Assembly (NCBI GenBank): GCA_012517285.1
Contig: JAAYVG010000035.1
Location: forward strand, 7,647-71,646
Source: Elusimicrobiota bacterium
GTDB taxonomy: Bacteria; Elusimicrobiota; Elusimicrobia; Elusimicrobiales; UBA9959
DNA length: 64,000 nt
Reading direction: 5' to 3'
Below, one piece after another: positions 26,973 through 36,916 of this stretch. Positions within the stretch are counted from its first letter, which is position 1. Every line of letters starts with the position of its first letter. The notes beneath the pieces are model-generated. The model searched no databases, was not told the origin of the DNA, and was given only the letters and a program-made list of their open reading frames with translations. The translations under genes and the position numbers were made by a program.

Positions 26973-27923
26973 ATGGATAATAAGTATATCACTGTTAAAG
27001 AATTTTTAAAAGAAAAGGGTGATGATTTTAAACTGAAGCTGGTAGTTGGTAAAAAATATCTTGATAAAAAAATTACGGTCAGCGAGGTTAACAGACCAGG
27101 CCTTTCTATGGCAGGTTTCCTCGATCAGTTTAGAGCTGAAAGAATACAGATAATAGGCAAGGGTGAGTATTTCTATTGTAACTCCGTTCCATATAAGAAA
27201 ATTCTTAAGAATCTTAATCAGATGTTTAAAAAGGGTGATGTCCCATGTGTGGTTGTTACTGGTGGGTTCAAACCTAACAGGGCGGTATTGGATGCCGTTA
27301 AAAAAAACAATATACCACTTTTTGTTACGCCGTTTGAATCTGCAACATTTGTAAGAGAACTAACGATGTATCTCGATGATAGACTTGCTCCTGCCATAAC
27401 ATTGCATGGGGTGCTCGTTGATGTCTATGGGCTTGGTGTTCTGATACAGGGAGATCCTGGCATAGGAAAGTCTGAGTGTGCAATAGAGCTTTTAAAGAGG
27501 GGTCATATATTGATAAGCGATGATGTGGTAGAAATAAAGAGAAGAATAGGTCATATACTTATAGGGACATCTCCAAAGATTACAAAAAATTTTATGGAGG
27601 TAAGGGGAATAGGGATAGTTGATGTGGAGATGCTTTTTGGTGTTGGTGCGATACTTCCAAGCTCTGCAATAGAGCTTGAGGTTTATCTGCAATCCGCCGT
27701 TGGGCTTGATCTTAGTAAGTATGATAGAACCGGGCTTGTTGAAAAAACAGTAAATATACTTGATATTGACCTGCCGCTTTTAAACATTCCTGTAACACCC
27801 GGAAGAAATCTTGCAGTTTTAATTGAGATAGCAGCACTGAATCAGAGGCTTAAAAACTCAGGATATTTTGCTGCAAAGAAGCTTAATGATATAGTTAACA
27901 GGGAGATAAAGAAACAAAAATGA
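26973..27923 (+). CDS. hprK: HPr kinase/phosphorylase
   Basis: LHGVLVDVYGLGVLIQGDPGIGKSECAIEL and GIGIVDV are the characteristic HprK motifs. Confidence 0.93.
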   Translation: MDNKYITVKEFLKEKGDDFKLKLVVGKKYLDKKITVSEVNRPGLSMAGFLDQFRAERIQIIGKGEYFYCNSVPYKKILKNLNQMFKKGDVPCVVVTGGFKPNRAVLDAVKKNNIPLFVTPFESATFVRELTMYLDDRLAPAITLHGVLVDVYGLGVLIQGDPGIGKSECAIELLKRGHILISDDVVEIKRRIGHILIGTSPKITKNFMEVRGIGIVDVEMLFGVGAILPSSAIELEVYLQSAVGLDLSKYDRTGLVEKTVNILDIDLPLLNIPVTPGRNLAVLIEIAALNQRLKNSGYFAAKKLNDIVNREIKKQK

Positions 27924-28768
27924 AAAACTATATATTCATCATAACAGGAACAAGCGGAGCGGGAAAGAGTCAGGCGCTAAAATGTTTTGAGGACTTTGGA
28001 TTTCACTGTATAGATAATATCCCTGTCAAACTCTTGCCACATCTGGCTGATCTCATAAAAAAGGATGATTATTTAAATAAGGTTGCCCTTGGCATAGACA
28101 TAAGAGAAGCAAAATTTTCAATCAACTTTAATTATTTTTTGAAGTATTTTGATGATTCCAATCTTGATTACAAAATTCTTTTTTTTGATTGCGATGACAG
28201 GGTTCTTTTCCAGAGATTTTCTGAAACGCGGCACAGACACCCTCTTGGTGAGAATCTGACTGAGGCAATAAAAAAGGAAAGGAATATGCTAGAGCCACTT
28301 AAAGAAAAGGCTGATAAGATAATAGATACAACAAAGCTTACGCTTGGAGAGTTAAAGGAAGTCCTTTCCTCATTTGTCAATCTAAAAAATATATCTGATT
28401 TCAAGATTAACATTGTTTCCTTTGGTTATAAGTATGGGATACCACTTGATGCTGATATCGTTATGGATGTGAGGTTTATTCCAAATCCTTATTATGAAAA
28501 AAATCTCAAAGCAAAGACAGGGCTTGATGCTGCAGTTAAAAAATTTCTTAACAGTTCAGCTGTTTACAATAAATTTGTAAATGAATGGACAGAGCAGTTA
28601 AAAAAGCTTATCCCACTTTATATAAAAGAAGGTAAATCATATCTTACAATTGCTATTGGATGTACCGGTGGAAGACATAGAAGTGTTGCTGCTGTGGATG
28701 ATATATCTAAAAGGCTGTCAGATATGAAGTATGATATCAGTGAGTTTCATAGGGATATGAGGAAGTGA
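27920..28768 (+). CDS. rapZ: RNase adapter / nucleotide-binding protein RapZ
   Basis: IIITGTSGAGKSQALKCFEDFGFHCIDNIP, DVRFIPNPYY and IGCTGGRHRSV are present. There is an ATGA overlap with hprK. Confidence 0.92.
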   Translation: MKNYIFIITGTSGAGKSQALKCFEDFGFHCIDNIPVKLLPHLADLIKKDDYLNKVALGIDIREAKFSINFNYFLKYFDDSNLDYKILFFDCDDRVLFQRFSETRHRHPLGENLTEAIKKERNMLEPLKEKADKIIDTTKLTLGELKEVLSSFVNLKNISDFKINIVSFGYKYGIPLDADIVMDVRFIPNPYYEKNLKAKTGLDAAVKKFLNSSAVYNKFVNEWTEQLKKLIPLYIKEGKSYLTIAIGCTGGRHRSVAAVDDISKRLSDMKYDISEFHRDMRK

Positions 28769-29181
28769 TGACAGGTATAATAGTTGTTACACACAGCGAT
28801 TTTGGAGCCTATCTGATAGAGGCCAGTGAGCATGTTGTTGGTGTGAAAGAAAATATTCTTTCCGTTTCAATAAATTCAAGGATGTCAATAGAGGATGTCA
28901 GGGTTAATGTTGAAAAAGTTACCGAGGAGATAAAGAAAAAGTGCTCTGATATTATTTATTTTGTTGATATACCAGGTGGTACACCGATGAATGTTGTCTT
29001 ACCATTTGCTAAGGATATTAATCGTTCAGCTGTTGTCTGTGGTGTGAATATGACCATGCTTATATATGCTTTAAATCTGAAGGATACTATGGATTTTGAT
29101 GCACTTATAGAAAAGATACTGCTTGAGGGCAAGAAAGCAATATGTGAGGTGAAGTCAATTCTTACTGGTGGTAATAAATGA
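28765..29181 (+). CDS. PTS EIIA component, mannose/fructose/sorbose family
   Basis: GIIVVTHSDFG contains the active-site His. The protein is ~138 aa. The start is GTG 28765 or ATG 28768. Confidence 0.85.
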   Translation: MMTGIIVVTHSDFGAYLIEASEHVVGVKENILSVSINSRMSIEDVRVNVEKVTEEIKKKCSDIIYFVDIPGGTPMNVVLPFAKDINRSAVVCGVNMTMLIYALNLKDTMDFDALIEKILLEGKKAICEVKSILTGGNK

Positions 29182-29639
29182 TTATATTCAGGGTTGATGA
29201 CAGGCTTATTCACGGTCAGGTAGTTGAAAATTGGCTCGCTGCTTTTTCAATTAATCATATAGTTGTTTCAAGCAGAGCTGTTGTCAGTGATGATATGAGG
29301 AAAAACATTATGAAATTTTCTGTGCCTGATGGTGTCCTGCTTGATTTTATAGATCCGCCAGATTTAAGTAAATTTATTTTTGATAATAAAAAAAATTATC
29401 TTGTTCTTTTTGAATCACTTGAAGATGTGTTTTTATCTGTGGAAAGTGGTGTTAGGATTGAAAGGCTTAATCTTGGTGGAATACACTATGCTAAGGGAAG
29501 AAACTTTTCTATGGGTAGGGTTGTTTTTTTAAGCGAAGCTGAACGAAATATATTGAAGAAGCTTATTGATGCTGGGATTGATGTGTATATGCAGTCAATA
29601 CCTCAGGAGGCAAGCGTTAAGCTTCGATGTGATATATGA
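29178..29639 (+). CDS. PTS EIIB component, mannose/fructose/sorbose family
   Basis: FRVDDRLIHGQVV contains the phosphorylated His typical of EIIB-Man. There is an ATGA overlap with EIIA. Confidence 0.85.
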   Translation: MIIFRVDDRLIHGQVVENWLAAFSINHIVVSSRAVVSDDMRKNIMKFSVPDGVLLDFIDPPDLSKFIFDNKKNYLVLFESLEDVFLSVESGVRIERLNLGGIHYAKGRNFSMGRVVFLSEAERNILKKLIDAGIDVYMQSIPQEASVKLRCDI

Positions 29640-31603
29640 AAAAATTTATATTTGTTGTTCATAATCATCAGCCAGTTGGCAATTTTGATAATGTGATAAG
29701 GGATGCCTTTGAAAAAAGTTATAGACCTTTTATTGATCTTGTCTATGATTTAAAGTATCCAAAAATATGTTTTCACTTTTCAGGCATACTTTATAATTGG
29801 CTTGAAAAAAATGAACAGGATTACCTTATTAAGCTTAAGGAGATGGTTAGAAGAGATCAGATAGAGATACTCTCGGGCGGATATTATGAGCCTGTGCTTG
29901 GTGTCATACCCGAAAGGGATAGAGAAGCTCAGATAAAAAAGATGAATGACTACATAAGCAGAAGATTTGGAGTTTCGCCAAAGGGATTGTGGCTTACGGA
30001 GAGGGTTTTTAACACGACAATCCCTGAGACATTAAAAAAATCAGGCATAGAATATACCCTCGTTGATGATACTCATCTCCTTACATCAGGTATAAAAGAG
30101 TCAGAGTCAAACAGCTGTTTTACAACGGAATACAACGGTAAAAAAATATATATTTTTACAATCAATCACAATCTCAGATATCTCATACCATACAAAGAGC
30201 CATATAGAGCTGTTGAATATATAAACGGTTTTGATGATGGAATTTTTGTTATGGCTGATGATGGTGAAAAATTTGGTCTGTGGCCTGAGAGTTATAGACT
30301 TGTTTATGAGAATAAATGGCTTTTAAATTTTTTTGAAACCATAAAAAATTCTGGTATAGAGATGTCAAGGCTGTGTGATTGTATTGATGAGAAGCCAAAA
30401 AAGCTTGTTTATATACCAAACACATCATACTTTGAGCTTTCACAGTGGGCGCTTGAGGCTGAGGAGCAGAATAGCATAGAAAACTTCAGAGAGAACACCT
30501 CTCAAGAGCTTAAAAAGTTTGTCAGGGGTGGATTCTTTGAAAATTTCTTTACCAAGTACAGACAATCAAATCTTATGCATAAAAGAACATTTTACGTAAG
30601 CTCGCTTGTTGAGGATTCATATGATCCTGAGGCAGAAAATTATCTTCATATGGCTGAGTGCAACTGTGGCTGGTGGCATGGTGTTTTTGGAGGGGTATAT
30701 CTTCCGCATATAAGAATGGCTGTATATGAAAATCTTTTAAAGGCTCAGGATATAATATTTAAAAAGAAAAAAAAGGGAATAGATATTAAAAATATGGATA
30801 TTGATTTTGATGGTCAGGATGATATTTTAATAGAATCGAAAAATAATTTCTTTATAGTATCACCATCCTACGGTGGTTCACTGACAGAGTTTTCAAGCAA
30901 GAATAAATATGTAAATCTTTCAGCTGTTATGGACAGAAAAAAAGAGGCATATCATTTAAAGCCTCCAAAGGATATAAATGGGAAAAATATGGGTGAGGAG
31001 ATAAAAAGCTCTCTCAGCTATGACTGGCATCACAGGGCAAGCCTGATTGATCACTTTGTGGCACCTGATACAAGTATAAATGATTTTATGACTGTGAAAT
31101 ATTGGGAGGTTGGAGACTTTATACCACAGCCATACTCTTTTTCTACCAGCATAAGCAAGGATGGAGCTGAGATAATGCTTCAAAGAAGCGGTATAAGCTG
31201 GGATGGTGATAAAAAGATTTTTATTGATCTCTCGAAAAAAATAATTATAGACTCAAAAAAAGATGGATTTAGAGCCAAGTACAGTATAAAGAACAGTTCA
31301 AATTTTAAAGCAAATATATTCTATGTTTCAGAGTTGGTGTTCGCTTTTTCATCGCCTGCTGTGGCAGCTCAAAGGGATGTAATGGACATAAGGGAGTATA
31401 TTTTTTATGATAGGGTAAGAGGGAATATAAAGCTTACCTTTTCACTGCCGGTTAGGTTGTGGATCATACCAATAGAAACTGTTTCAAACTCTGAGGGTGG
31501 AATAGAAAAAACATATCAAGGAGCTATAGTTGCATGCGGTATAAAAAGAGAGTATGAAGCTGCTGAGGTCGTTGAGTTTGATATGGGGGTGGAAGTATTG
31601 TGA
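29636..31603 (+). CDS. GH57-family glycoside hydrolase, 4-alpha-glucanotransferase-like, cytoplasmic
   Basis: The GH57 conserved regions are present: HNHQP, LWLTERV (nucleophile Glu region), ADDGEKFG (acid/base Asp region) and AECNCGWWHGVFGG. It has 655 aa and no signal peptide. Confidence 0.85.
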   Translation: MKKFIFVVHNHQPVGNFDNVIRDAFEKSYRPFIDLVYDLKYPKICFHFSGILYNWLEKNEQDYLIKLKEMVRRDQIEILSGGYYEPVLGVIPERDREAQIKKMNDYISRRFGVSPKGLWLTERVFNTTIPETLKKSGIEYTLVDDTHLLTSGIKESESNSCFTTEYNGKKIYIFTINHNLRYLIPYKEPYRAVEYINGFDDGIFVMADDGEKFGLWPESYRLVYENKWLLNFFETIKNSGIEMSRLCDCIDEKPKKLVYIPNTSYFELSQWALEAEEQNSIENFRENTSQELKKFVRGGFFENFFTKYRQSNLMHKRTFYVSSLVEDSYDPEAENYLHMAECNCGWWHGVFGGVYLPHIRMAVYENLLKAQDIIFKKKKKGIDIKNMDIDFDGQDDILIESKNNFFIVSPSYGGSLTEFSSKNKYVNLSAVMDRKKEAYHLKPPKDINGKNMGEEIKSSLSYDWHHRASLIDHFVAPDTSINDFMTVKYWEVGDFIPQPYSFSTSISKDGAEIMLQRSGISWDGDKKIFIDLSKKIIIDSKKDGFRAKYSIKNSSNFKANIFYVSELVFAFSSPAVAAQRDVMDIREYIFYDRVRGNIKLTFSLPVRLWIIPIETVSNSEGGIEKTYQGAIVACGIKREYEAAEVVEFDMGVEVL

Positions 31604-32196
31604 AAACACTTTTTGTCATAGTTTTAGGCTCTCTCATAAATTTAGACAATGTTAGTGCGTTTCAATTTCTGATATCAAGGCCATCCTTTGTTGCAACGAT
31701 TTTAGGCTATATTGCTGGGTATCCTCTTGAAGGGTTTTTGATAGGATTGCTTCTTGAGCTTGTGATACTTGATTTTTCTCCAATAGGTGGTACAACTATT
31801 CCAAACGGTACAGCCTCAGCAGTTGTTTCTGTGTTGTTGCTGGGTAGGATAAATCCTTATCTCTGCTTTATTATTGGGCTTTTTGCCGGAGAGTTGTATT
31901 CTTATATTGAAAAATATTTAAGAATTTTTAGGAATCTGTTTAACAGGTTGGTGGAGAGGCAGATCAGCAGTTATGATTTTAATTTTGGCAAGCTGGTCAT
32001 TCTCTCAATGCTTTGCGATTTTATAGTATTTGCTATCTATTCTTATGTAGTATATTTTGTATTTGTATCTTTTTCAGGGTTTTTAAACAGCAATTATTTG
32101 TTGAATGTATCAAGGGTCGCAACGCTTGGAATTTTGTTTGTTACACTTACCTCGTTGTATTTTAAATTTAAAAATCAGGTGAGAAAAAATGCTTGA
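31600..32196 (+). CDS. PTS EIIC component, mannose family, short (198 aa)
   Basis: A polytopic membrane protein in the IIC position. It starts at GTG within a GTGA overlap with GH57. The family call rests mainly on context plus the hydrophobic pattern. Confidence 0.65.
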   Translation: MKTLFVIVLGSLINLDNVSAFQFLISRPSFVATILGYIAGYPLEGFLIGLLLELVILDFSPIGGTTIPNGTASAVVSVLLLGRINPYLCFIIGLFAGELYSYIEKYLRIFRNLFNRLVERQISSYDFNFGKLVILSMLCDFIVFAIYSYVVYFVFVSFSGFLNSNYLLNVSRVATLGILFVTLTSLYFKFKNQVRKNA

Positions 32197-32974
32197 ATTA
32201 AAGGATAGACTTATATTGTTTTTTAAAAGTTTTTTTTTACAATCGGTTTTTAATTATGAAAAATTCCAGAACATCGGTCTGCTTTTTATAATCAGTGGAT
32301 TTGCTAAAAAAATTCATCCTGATAGGGAAGAGCTGAAAAAATTTATTGAAAGATATAATGAGATCTTTAATACGCAGCCCTATATGGCAGCGTTTGTGAT
32401 AGGAAATATTATAAGAATGGAGTATGATAAAAGAAATGAAAAGGATATAGAAAATATTAAACAATCCCTTGCTTGTGCATATGCCTCAATAGGTGATAGG
32501 ATATTCTGGTCAAGGCTGAGGGTTGTCGTGGCACAGTTCACTTTTATAATTTTTATTATACTTTATTTCTGCTGCTATAATTTTGGGGTAGCGGAGATCA
32601 CATTTGTATCTGTGTTTGTCCCGACACTTTTTTATGCAATATATACGCTGTATATAAGATATGTGGGCTTTTTGTATGGATGGAACTGCGGCGGTGAAAA
32701 AAACTGCGGTCTTGATAAGTTCAACTGGAACAGGATAATAAGGATGTCAAGCCGAGCAGCATTCTTCTTGTCCGTTGTTATGTTTTTGCTTGTAATTTTT
32801 CTTTATGGATTTTATTATATAACATCTGAGAAAATGATTGAAAACTTGATATATATCACCATCCCTTTTATTGGTTTTTTTGCACAGCGTTATTTTAGAA
32901 AGGATAGGAAAAATATTTTTTATCCTGTCATTACTGTTATAGTATTTTCTTTTGTGGTTTGTATTTTTATATGA
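32189..32974 (+). CDS. PTS EIID component, mannose family
   Basis: The N-terminal cytoplasmic segment FFKSFFLQSVFNYEKFQNIG and FNTQPYMAAFVIG resemble IID signatures. TM helices follow. Confidence 0.75.
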   Translation: MLELKDRLILFFKSFFLQSVFNYEKFQNIGLLFIISGFAKKIHPDREELKKFIERYNEIFNTQPYMAAFVIGNIIRMEYDKRNEKDIENIKQSLACAYASIGDRIFWSRLRVVVAQFTFIIFIILYFCCYNFGVAEITFVSVFVPTLFYAIYTLYIRYVGFLYGWNCGGEKNCGLDKFNWNRIIRMSSRAAFFLSVVMFLLVIFLYGFYYITSEKMIENLIYITIPFIGFFAQRYFRKDRKNIFYPVITVIVFSFVVCIFI

Positions 32975-33237
32975 TAAAGAAGGAAATTACAGTCCAAAAT
33001 GCTCAGGGTCTTCATGCAAGACCTTGTGGTATGATTTCAAACACAGCGATGAAGTTCATGAGCGATATAAAACTAATAAAGGATGGCTATGAGGTTAACG
33101 CAAAGAGCATCATGGGACTGCTCACCCTTGCTGCTTCAAAGGGTAGCAAAATAATTGTTGTAGCTGACGGAAAGGATGAGGAAACTGCAGTAAAAGAGCT
33201 TGAGGAGCTTTTTGCAAGCGGTTTCGATGAGGATTAA
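32971..33237 (+). CDS. ptsH: Phosphocarrier protein HPr
   Basis: It has 88 aa from the ATG at 32971 (ATGA overlap with IID). GLHARP holds His15 and NAKSIMGLLTLAA holds Ser46. Confidence 0.93.
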   Translation: MIKKEITVQNAQGLHARPCGMISNTAMKFMSDIKLIKDGYEVNAKSIMGLLTLAASKGSKIIVVADGKDEETAVKELEELFASGFDED

Positions 33238-33239
33238 CT

Positions 33240-34976
33240 ATGATTATTAAAAAAGGCATAGGCATAAATATGGGCATAGCTATAGGCAAGGCTTATATAA
33301 TGGATGAGGATAATGTCGTAGTTGAAAAAAAATTAATACCAAAAGAAAAAATAAAGGATGAAATAAATAGATACAGAATGGCGTTGTTGAAAACCAAGGA
33401 AGATATAGATGTTATAAGAACACATGTCCTTGAATCGCTCGGCAAGGAGCATGCAAAACTAATAGATGCCCATTCAATGATACTCAGGGATCCTCTTATA
33501 ACAAAGGATGTTATAAACCTTATAACAAATGAAAAATACAATGCAGAGTATGCATTGACTGTCAAGATTGAAGAGATACTCAAAAAGTTTGATAATATCA
33601 ATAACAGTTTTTTTGTTGAGAGAAAAAATGAGATAATAGAGATATCAAGGAAGATAATATTTAATCTTACCAACACAAAAAGAAATTTTGTTACGAATAT
33701 TAATGAGCCAGTTATACTTGTTTCAAACAATATATATCCAGCCGATATATTAAATATAAGAAAGCATGCAAACATACTTGCTTTCTGTATAAACCTCGGA
33801 TCAAAAACAAGTCATACAGCACTTTTTGCACAGAACATCGGTATCCCTGCTGTTGTTGGACTTGGTGATATAACCAAAATAATAAAGAATGATGACCTTG
33901 TGATAGTAAACGGTGAGGATGGGCTTGTAATAGTTGATCCAACTCCAAGGATGATTGAGGAATACAACACTAAGAAAGAGCAGCTTCATAAAAATGAGAT
34001 GTATTTATCCAAAATAAAAAAACTTCCGGCTGTTACGAGGGATAACAAAAAGATTAATCTTATGATCAATCTTGATAGTCAGGACAATCTTGATGAATAC
34101 AAAAGCCTGAACTCCGATGGCATAGGGCTTTTTAGAACAGAATTTCTTTACCTTAACAGAAATGGAATACCATCAGAGGATGAACAGGTTGATATATATA
34201 AAAAGGTTTTATCATCCTCAGGCCAGCTCTCAGTGGTGATAAGAACAGCGGATATTGGTGCTGATAAGGTTTCAAACATGGGGATCAAGGAGATGGTTCT
34301 TGAAACAAACCCGTTTATGGGCTTCAGGGGAATAAGGCTCTTTTTAAGATATCCTGATCTTTTAAAAACTCAGCTCAAGGCTATTTACAGAGCTTCTCCC
34401 AGTAGAAATGTAAGGATAATGATACCTATGGTTACATCGGTTGATGAGATACTTCAGGTTAAGAGTATAATGGATGATATAAAAAAGGAGTTAACAGCTA
34501 AAAATATAGATTTTAACCAAAATATTCCTTTCGGTGTTATGATAGAAGTCCCATCAAGTGCCATAATAACTGATCACATACTTGAATATGTTGATTTCTT
34601 ATCTGTTGGAACCAATGACTTGATTCAGTATCTTTTAGCAGTTGATAGGGTCAATCAGTATGTCAGCAGTATGTATGATCCATTTCATCCAGCAGTCCTA
34701 AGGATACTTAATCTTGTATTTCAGACAGCACACAAAAAAGGAAAGAAGGTCTCTGTATGTGGTGAGATGGCCGCCGATCTGTTAGGATCAATGGCTTTGA
34801 TATCACTTGGTGCTGATAGCCTTTCTGTTCCATTGAAAATGTTTTTAAAAATAAAACAGCATATAAGAAATATTAACTACGAAAGGCTTATGTCACTATC
34901 AACAAAGATACTCAACTCTGATTTATCAGCTAAAACTGTGGAACTGCTGCAAAATGAACTTACCAATGGAAACTAA
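33240..34976 (+). CDS. ptsI: PTS enzyme I (PEP-protein phosphotransferase)
   Basis: GSKTSHTALFAQNIGIPAVVG holds the active His. GLFRTEFLY and SVGTNDLIQY are also present. Confidence 0.95.
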   Translation: MIIKKGIGINMGIAIGKAYIMDEDNVVVEKKLIPKEKIKDEINRYRMALLKTKEDIDVIRTHVLESLGKEHAKLIDAHSMILRDPLITKDVINLITNEKYNAEYALTVKIEEILKKFDNINNSFFVERKNEIIEISRKIIFNLTNTKRNFVTNINEPVILVSNNIYPADILNIRKHANILAFCINLGSKTSHTALFAQNIGIPAVVGLGDITKIIKNDDLVIVNGEDGLVIVDPTPRMIEEYNTKKEQLHKNEMYLSKIKKLPAVTRDNKKINLMINLDSQDNLDEYKSLNSDGIGLFRTEFLYLNRNGIPSEDEQVDIYKKVLSSSGQLSVVIRTADIGADKVSNMGIKEMVLETNPFMGFRGIRLFLRYPDLLKTQLKAIYRASPSRNVRIMIPMVTSVDEILQVKSIMDDIKKELTAKNIDFNQNIPFGVMIEVPSSAIITDHILEYVDFLSVGTNDLIQYLLAVDRVNQYVSSMYDPFHPAVLRILNLVFQTAHKKGKKVSVCGEMAADLLGSMALISLGADSLSVPLKMFLKIKQHIRNINYERLMSLSTKILNSDLSAKTVELLQNELTNGN

Positions 34977-36795
34977 ATCAATAAGAAATTTTTCAATCAT
35001 AGCACACATTGATCACGGCAAATCAACGCTTGCTGATAGAGTCATAGAGATAACAAACACTGTGCCTGATAGAATGATGAAGGATCAGTTCCTTGATGGC
35101 ATGGAGTTAGAAAGGGAGAGGGGTATTACAATAAAAGCAAAGGCTGTTAGAATGAACTATAAATCTAAGGATGGCAATGATTATATATTCAATCTGATTG
35201 ATACCCCTGGACATGTAGATTTTTCATATGAGGTTTCAAGAGCACTCTATGCATGTGAGGGAGCATTACTGCTTGTTGATGCCACGCAAGGGGTTGAAGC
35301 ACAGACACTTGCCCACGGGCATTTAGCGGTATCACTCGGACTTAAAATAATACCTGTTATAAACAAAGTGGATCTGGAACACTCTGATGTGGAATCAACG
35401 AGTGAGCAGATATGGGAGATACTCAAAAATCCTGTTGACTGTACCCTTATAAGTGCTAAGACTGGCAAGAATGTAAGAGAGCTTCTTGAGAGGATTGTTA
35501 AAGAGATTCCTCCTCCTAAGGGTAATATTGATTTGAAGCTCAGGGCTCTTGTTTTTGATTCAATATATGATAGTTACAAGGGTGTTATAGTTTATGTAAG
35601 ATTTTTTGATGGCAGCATTAAAAAGGGTGATTTCATAACCTTTCACTCAACAAAAAAAAGCTATAAAGTGGAAGAAATTGGATATCTTACACCAACAATG
35701 CAGCAAGCTGATGTTTTGTATGCTGGTGAGGTTGGATATATAATTGCAGGGATAAAGGATATACATGATATAAAGATAGGCGATACGATTTATCAAAAGG
35801 ATAGAGAGGTTGTGGCTCTTGAAGGCTTTAAAGAAGTAAAGCCGGTTGTTTTTGCTGGACTCTTTCCTGTTAACACAGTTGACTACAACCTTTTAAAAAA
35901 AGCTATAGAAAAACTTAATCTGACTGATTCTTCGTTCTCATATCAGGGAGAAAGCTCAAAGGCATTGGGATTTGGATTTAGAATAGGATTTATGGGGCTT
36001 TTGCATCTGGATATAATAAGGGAAAGGATAGAGAGAGAGTTTAACATACCGCTTATAGTAACAAATCCAAATGTTATATACAGAGTAAAAACAAAACTTA
36101 ACATAAACTCCAGAGAGACAAAGCTTATTGAGGTTAGAAATCCTTCAGAATTTCCACACTACGGTGATGTCATTGAGGTCTATGAGCCATATGTCAATTC
36201 AAGAATAATAACCCCGCTTGAGTTTATGGAAAATGTTATAACGCTTTTGAAGGATAAAAGAGGAATACACAAAAAAATAGATTATATATCATCCAAGAGG
36301 GTTGTTCTTGAGTATGAGCTTCCGCTGAGCGAGATAATAATAGATTTTTATGATAAGCTTAAATCTGTTTCGAAGGGTTATGCATCATTTGATTATGATT
36401 TCAGCGATTACAGGAAGAGTGATATTGTTAAGGTTGAGATTCTGATCCATGGTGAGGTTGTTGATGCACTTTCTTTTATGGTTCATAGATCAAAAGCTAT
36501 ATATGCGTCAAGAGAGATATGTGAAAGACTCAAAGGAATAATCCCGAGGCATCTATTTGAGATAGCTATTCAGTCAAGGGTTGATGGAAAGATAATAGCA
36601 AGAGAAAGCATAAGTGCGTTGAGAAAGGATGTTCTTGCCAAGTGTTATGGAGGAGATATAACGAGGAAGAGAAAACTTCTTGAAAAGCAGAAAGAAGGCA
36701 AGAGAAGGATGAAGATGGTTGGAAATGTGGAAATACCTCAGGAAGCATTCATAAATGTTTTGAGAACACAGAACACTTCAAAAGAAAACAGGTAG
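34966..36795 (+). CDS. lepA: Elongation factor 4 (LepA)
   Basis: IRNFSIIAHIDHGKSTLADR, DTPGHVDF and NKVDL are present, with the C-terminal LepA region. The start is taken at METKS (34966). The ORF-track start at 34954 is also possible. Confidence 0.95.
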   Translation: METKSIRNFSIIAHIDHGKSTLADRVIEITNTVPDRMMKDQFLDGMELERERGITIKAKAVRMNYKSKDGNDYIFNLIDTPGHVDFSYEVSRALYACEGALLLVDATQGVEAQTLAHGHLAVSLGLKIIPVINKVDLEHSDVESTSEQIWEILKNPVDCTLISAKTGKNVRELLERIVKEIPPPKGNIDLKLRALVFDSIYDSYKGVIVYVRFFDGSIKKGDFITFHSTKKSYKVEEIGYLTPTMQQADVLYAGEVGYIIAGIKDIHDIKIGDTIYQKDREVVALEGFKEVKPVVFAGLFPVNTVDYNLLKKAIEKLNLTDSSFSYQGESSKALGFGFRIGFMGLLHLDIIRERIEREFNIPLIVTNPNVIYRVKTKLNINSRETKLIEVRNPSEFPHYGDVIEVYEPYVNSRIITPLEFMENVITLLKDKRGIHKKIDYISSKRVVLEYELPLSEIIIDFYDKLKSVSKGYASFDYDFSDYRKSDIVKVEILIHGEVVDALSFMVHRSKAIYASREICERLKGIIPRHLFEIAIQSRVDGKIIARESISALRKDVLAKCYGGDITRKRKLLEKQKEGKRRMKMVGNVEIPQEAFINVLRTQNTSKENR

Positions 36796-36800
36796 GGCAA

Positions 36801-36841
36801 GTTAGTTGTTTAACGGATAAATCATCAAGATGTAAACAGAT
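36801..36841. repeat. Left copy of the inverted repeat pair bounding the AT-rich island
   Basis: AATCATCAAGATGTAAACAGAT (36820-36841) is identical (22/22) to the reverse complement of 42185-42206. GTTAGTTGTTTA also recurs inverted at 42171-42180 and 42215-42224. Confidence 0.8.
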
Positions 36842-36916
36842 TCAATCAAGATTTAGAGTTTTCTAATATAGGAATGATACTGAAGAGGTGGTTGACGAGG
36901 CAGTTGACAGATAAAA

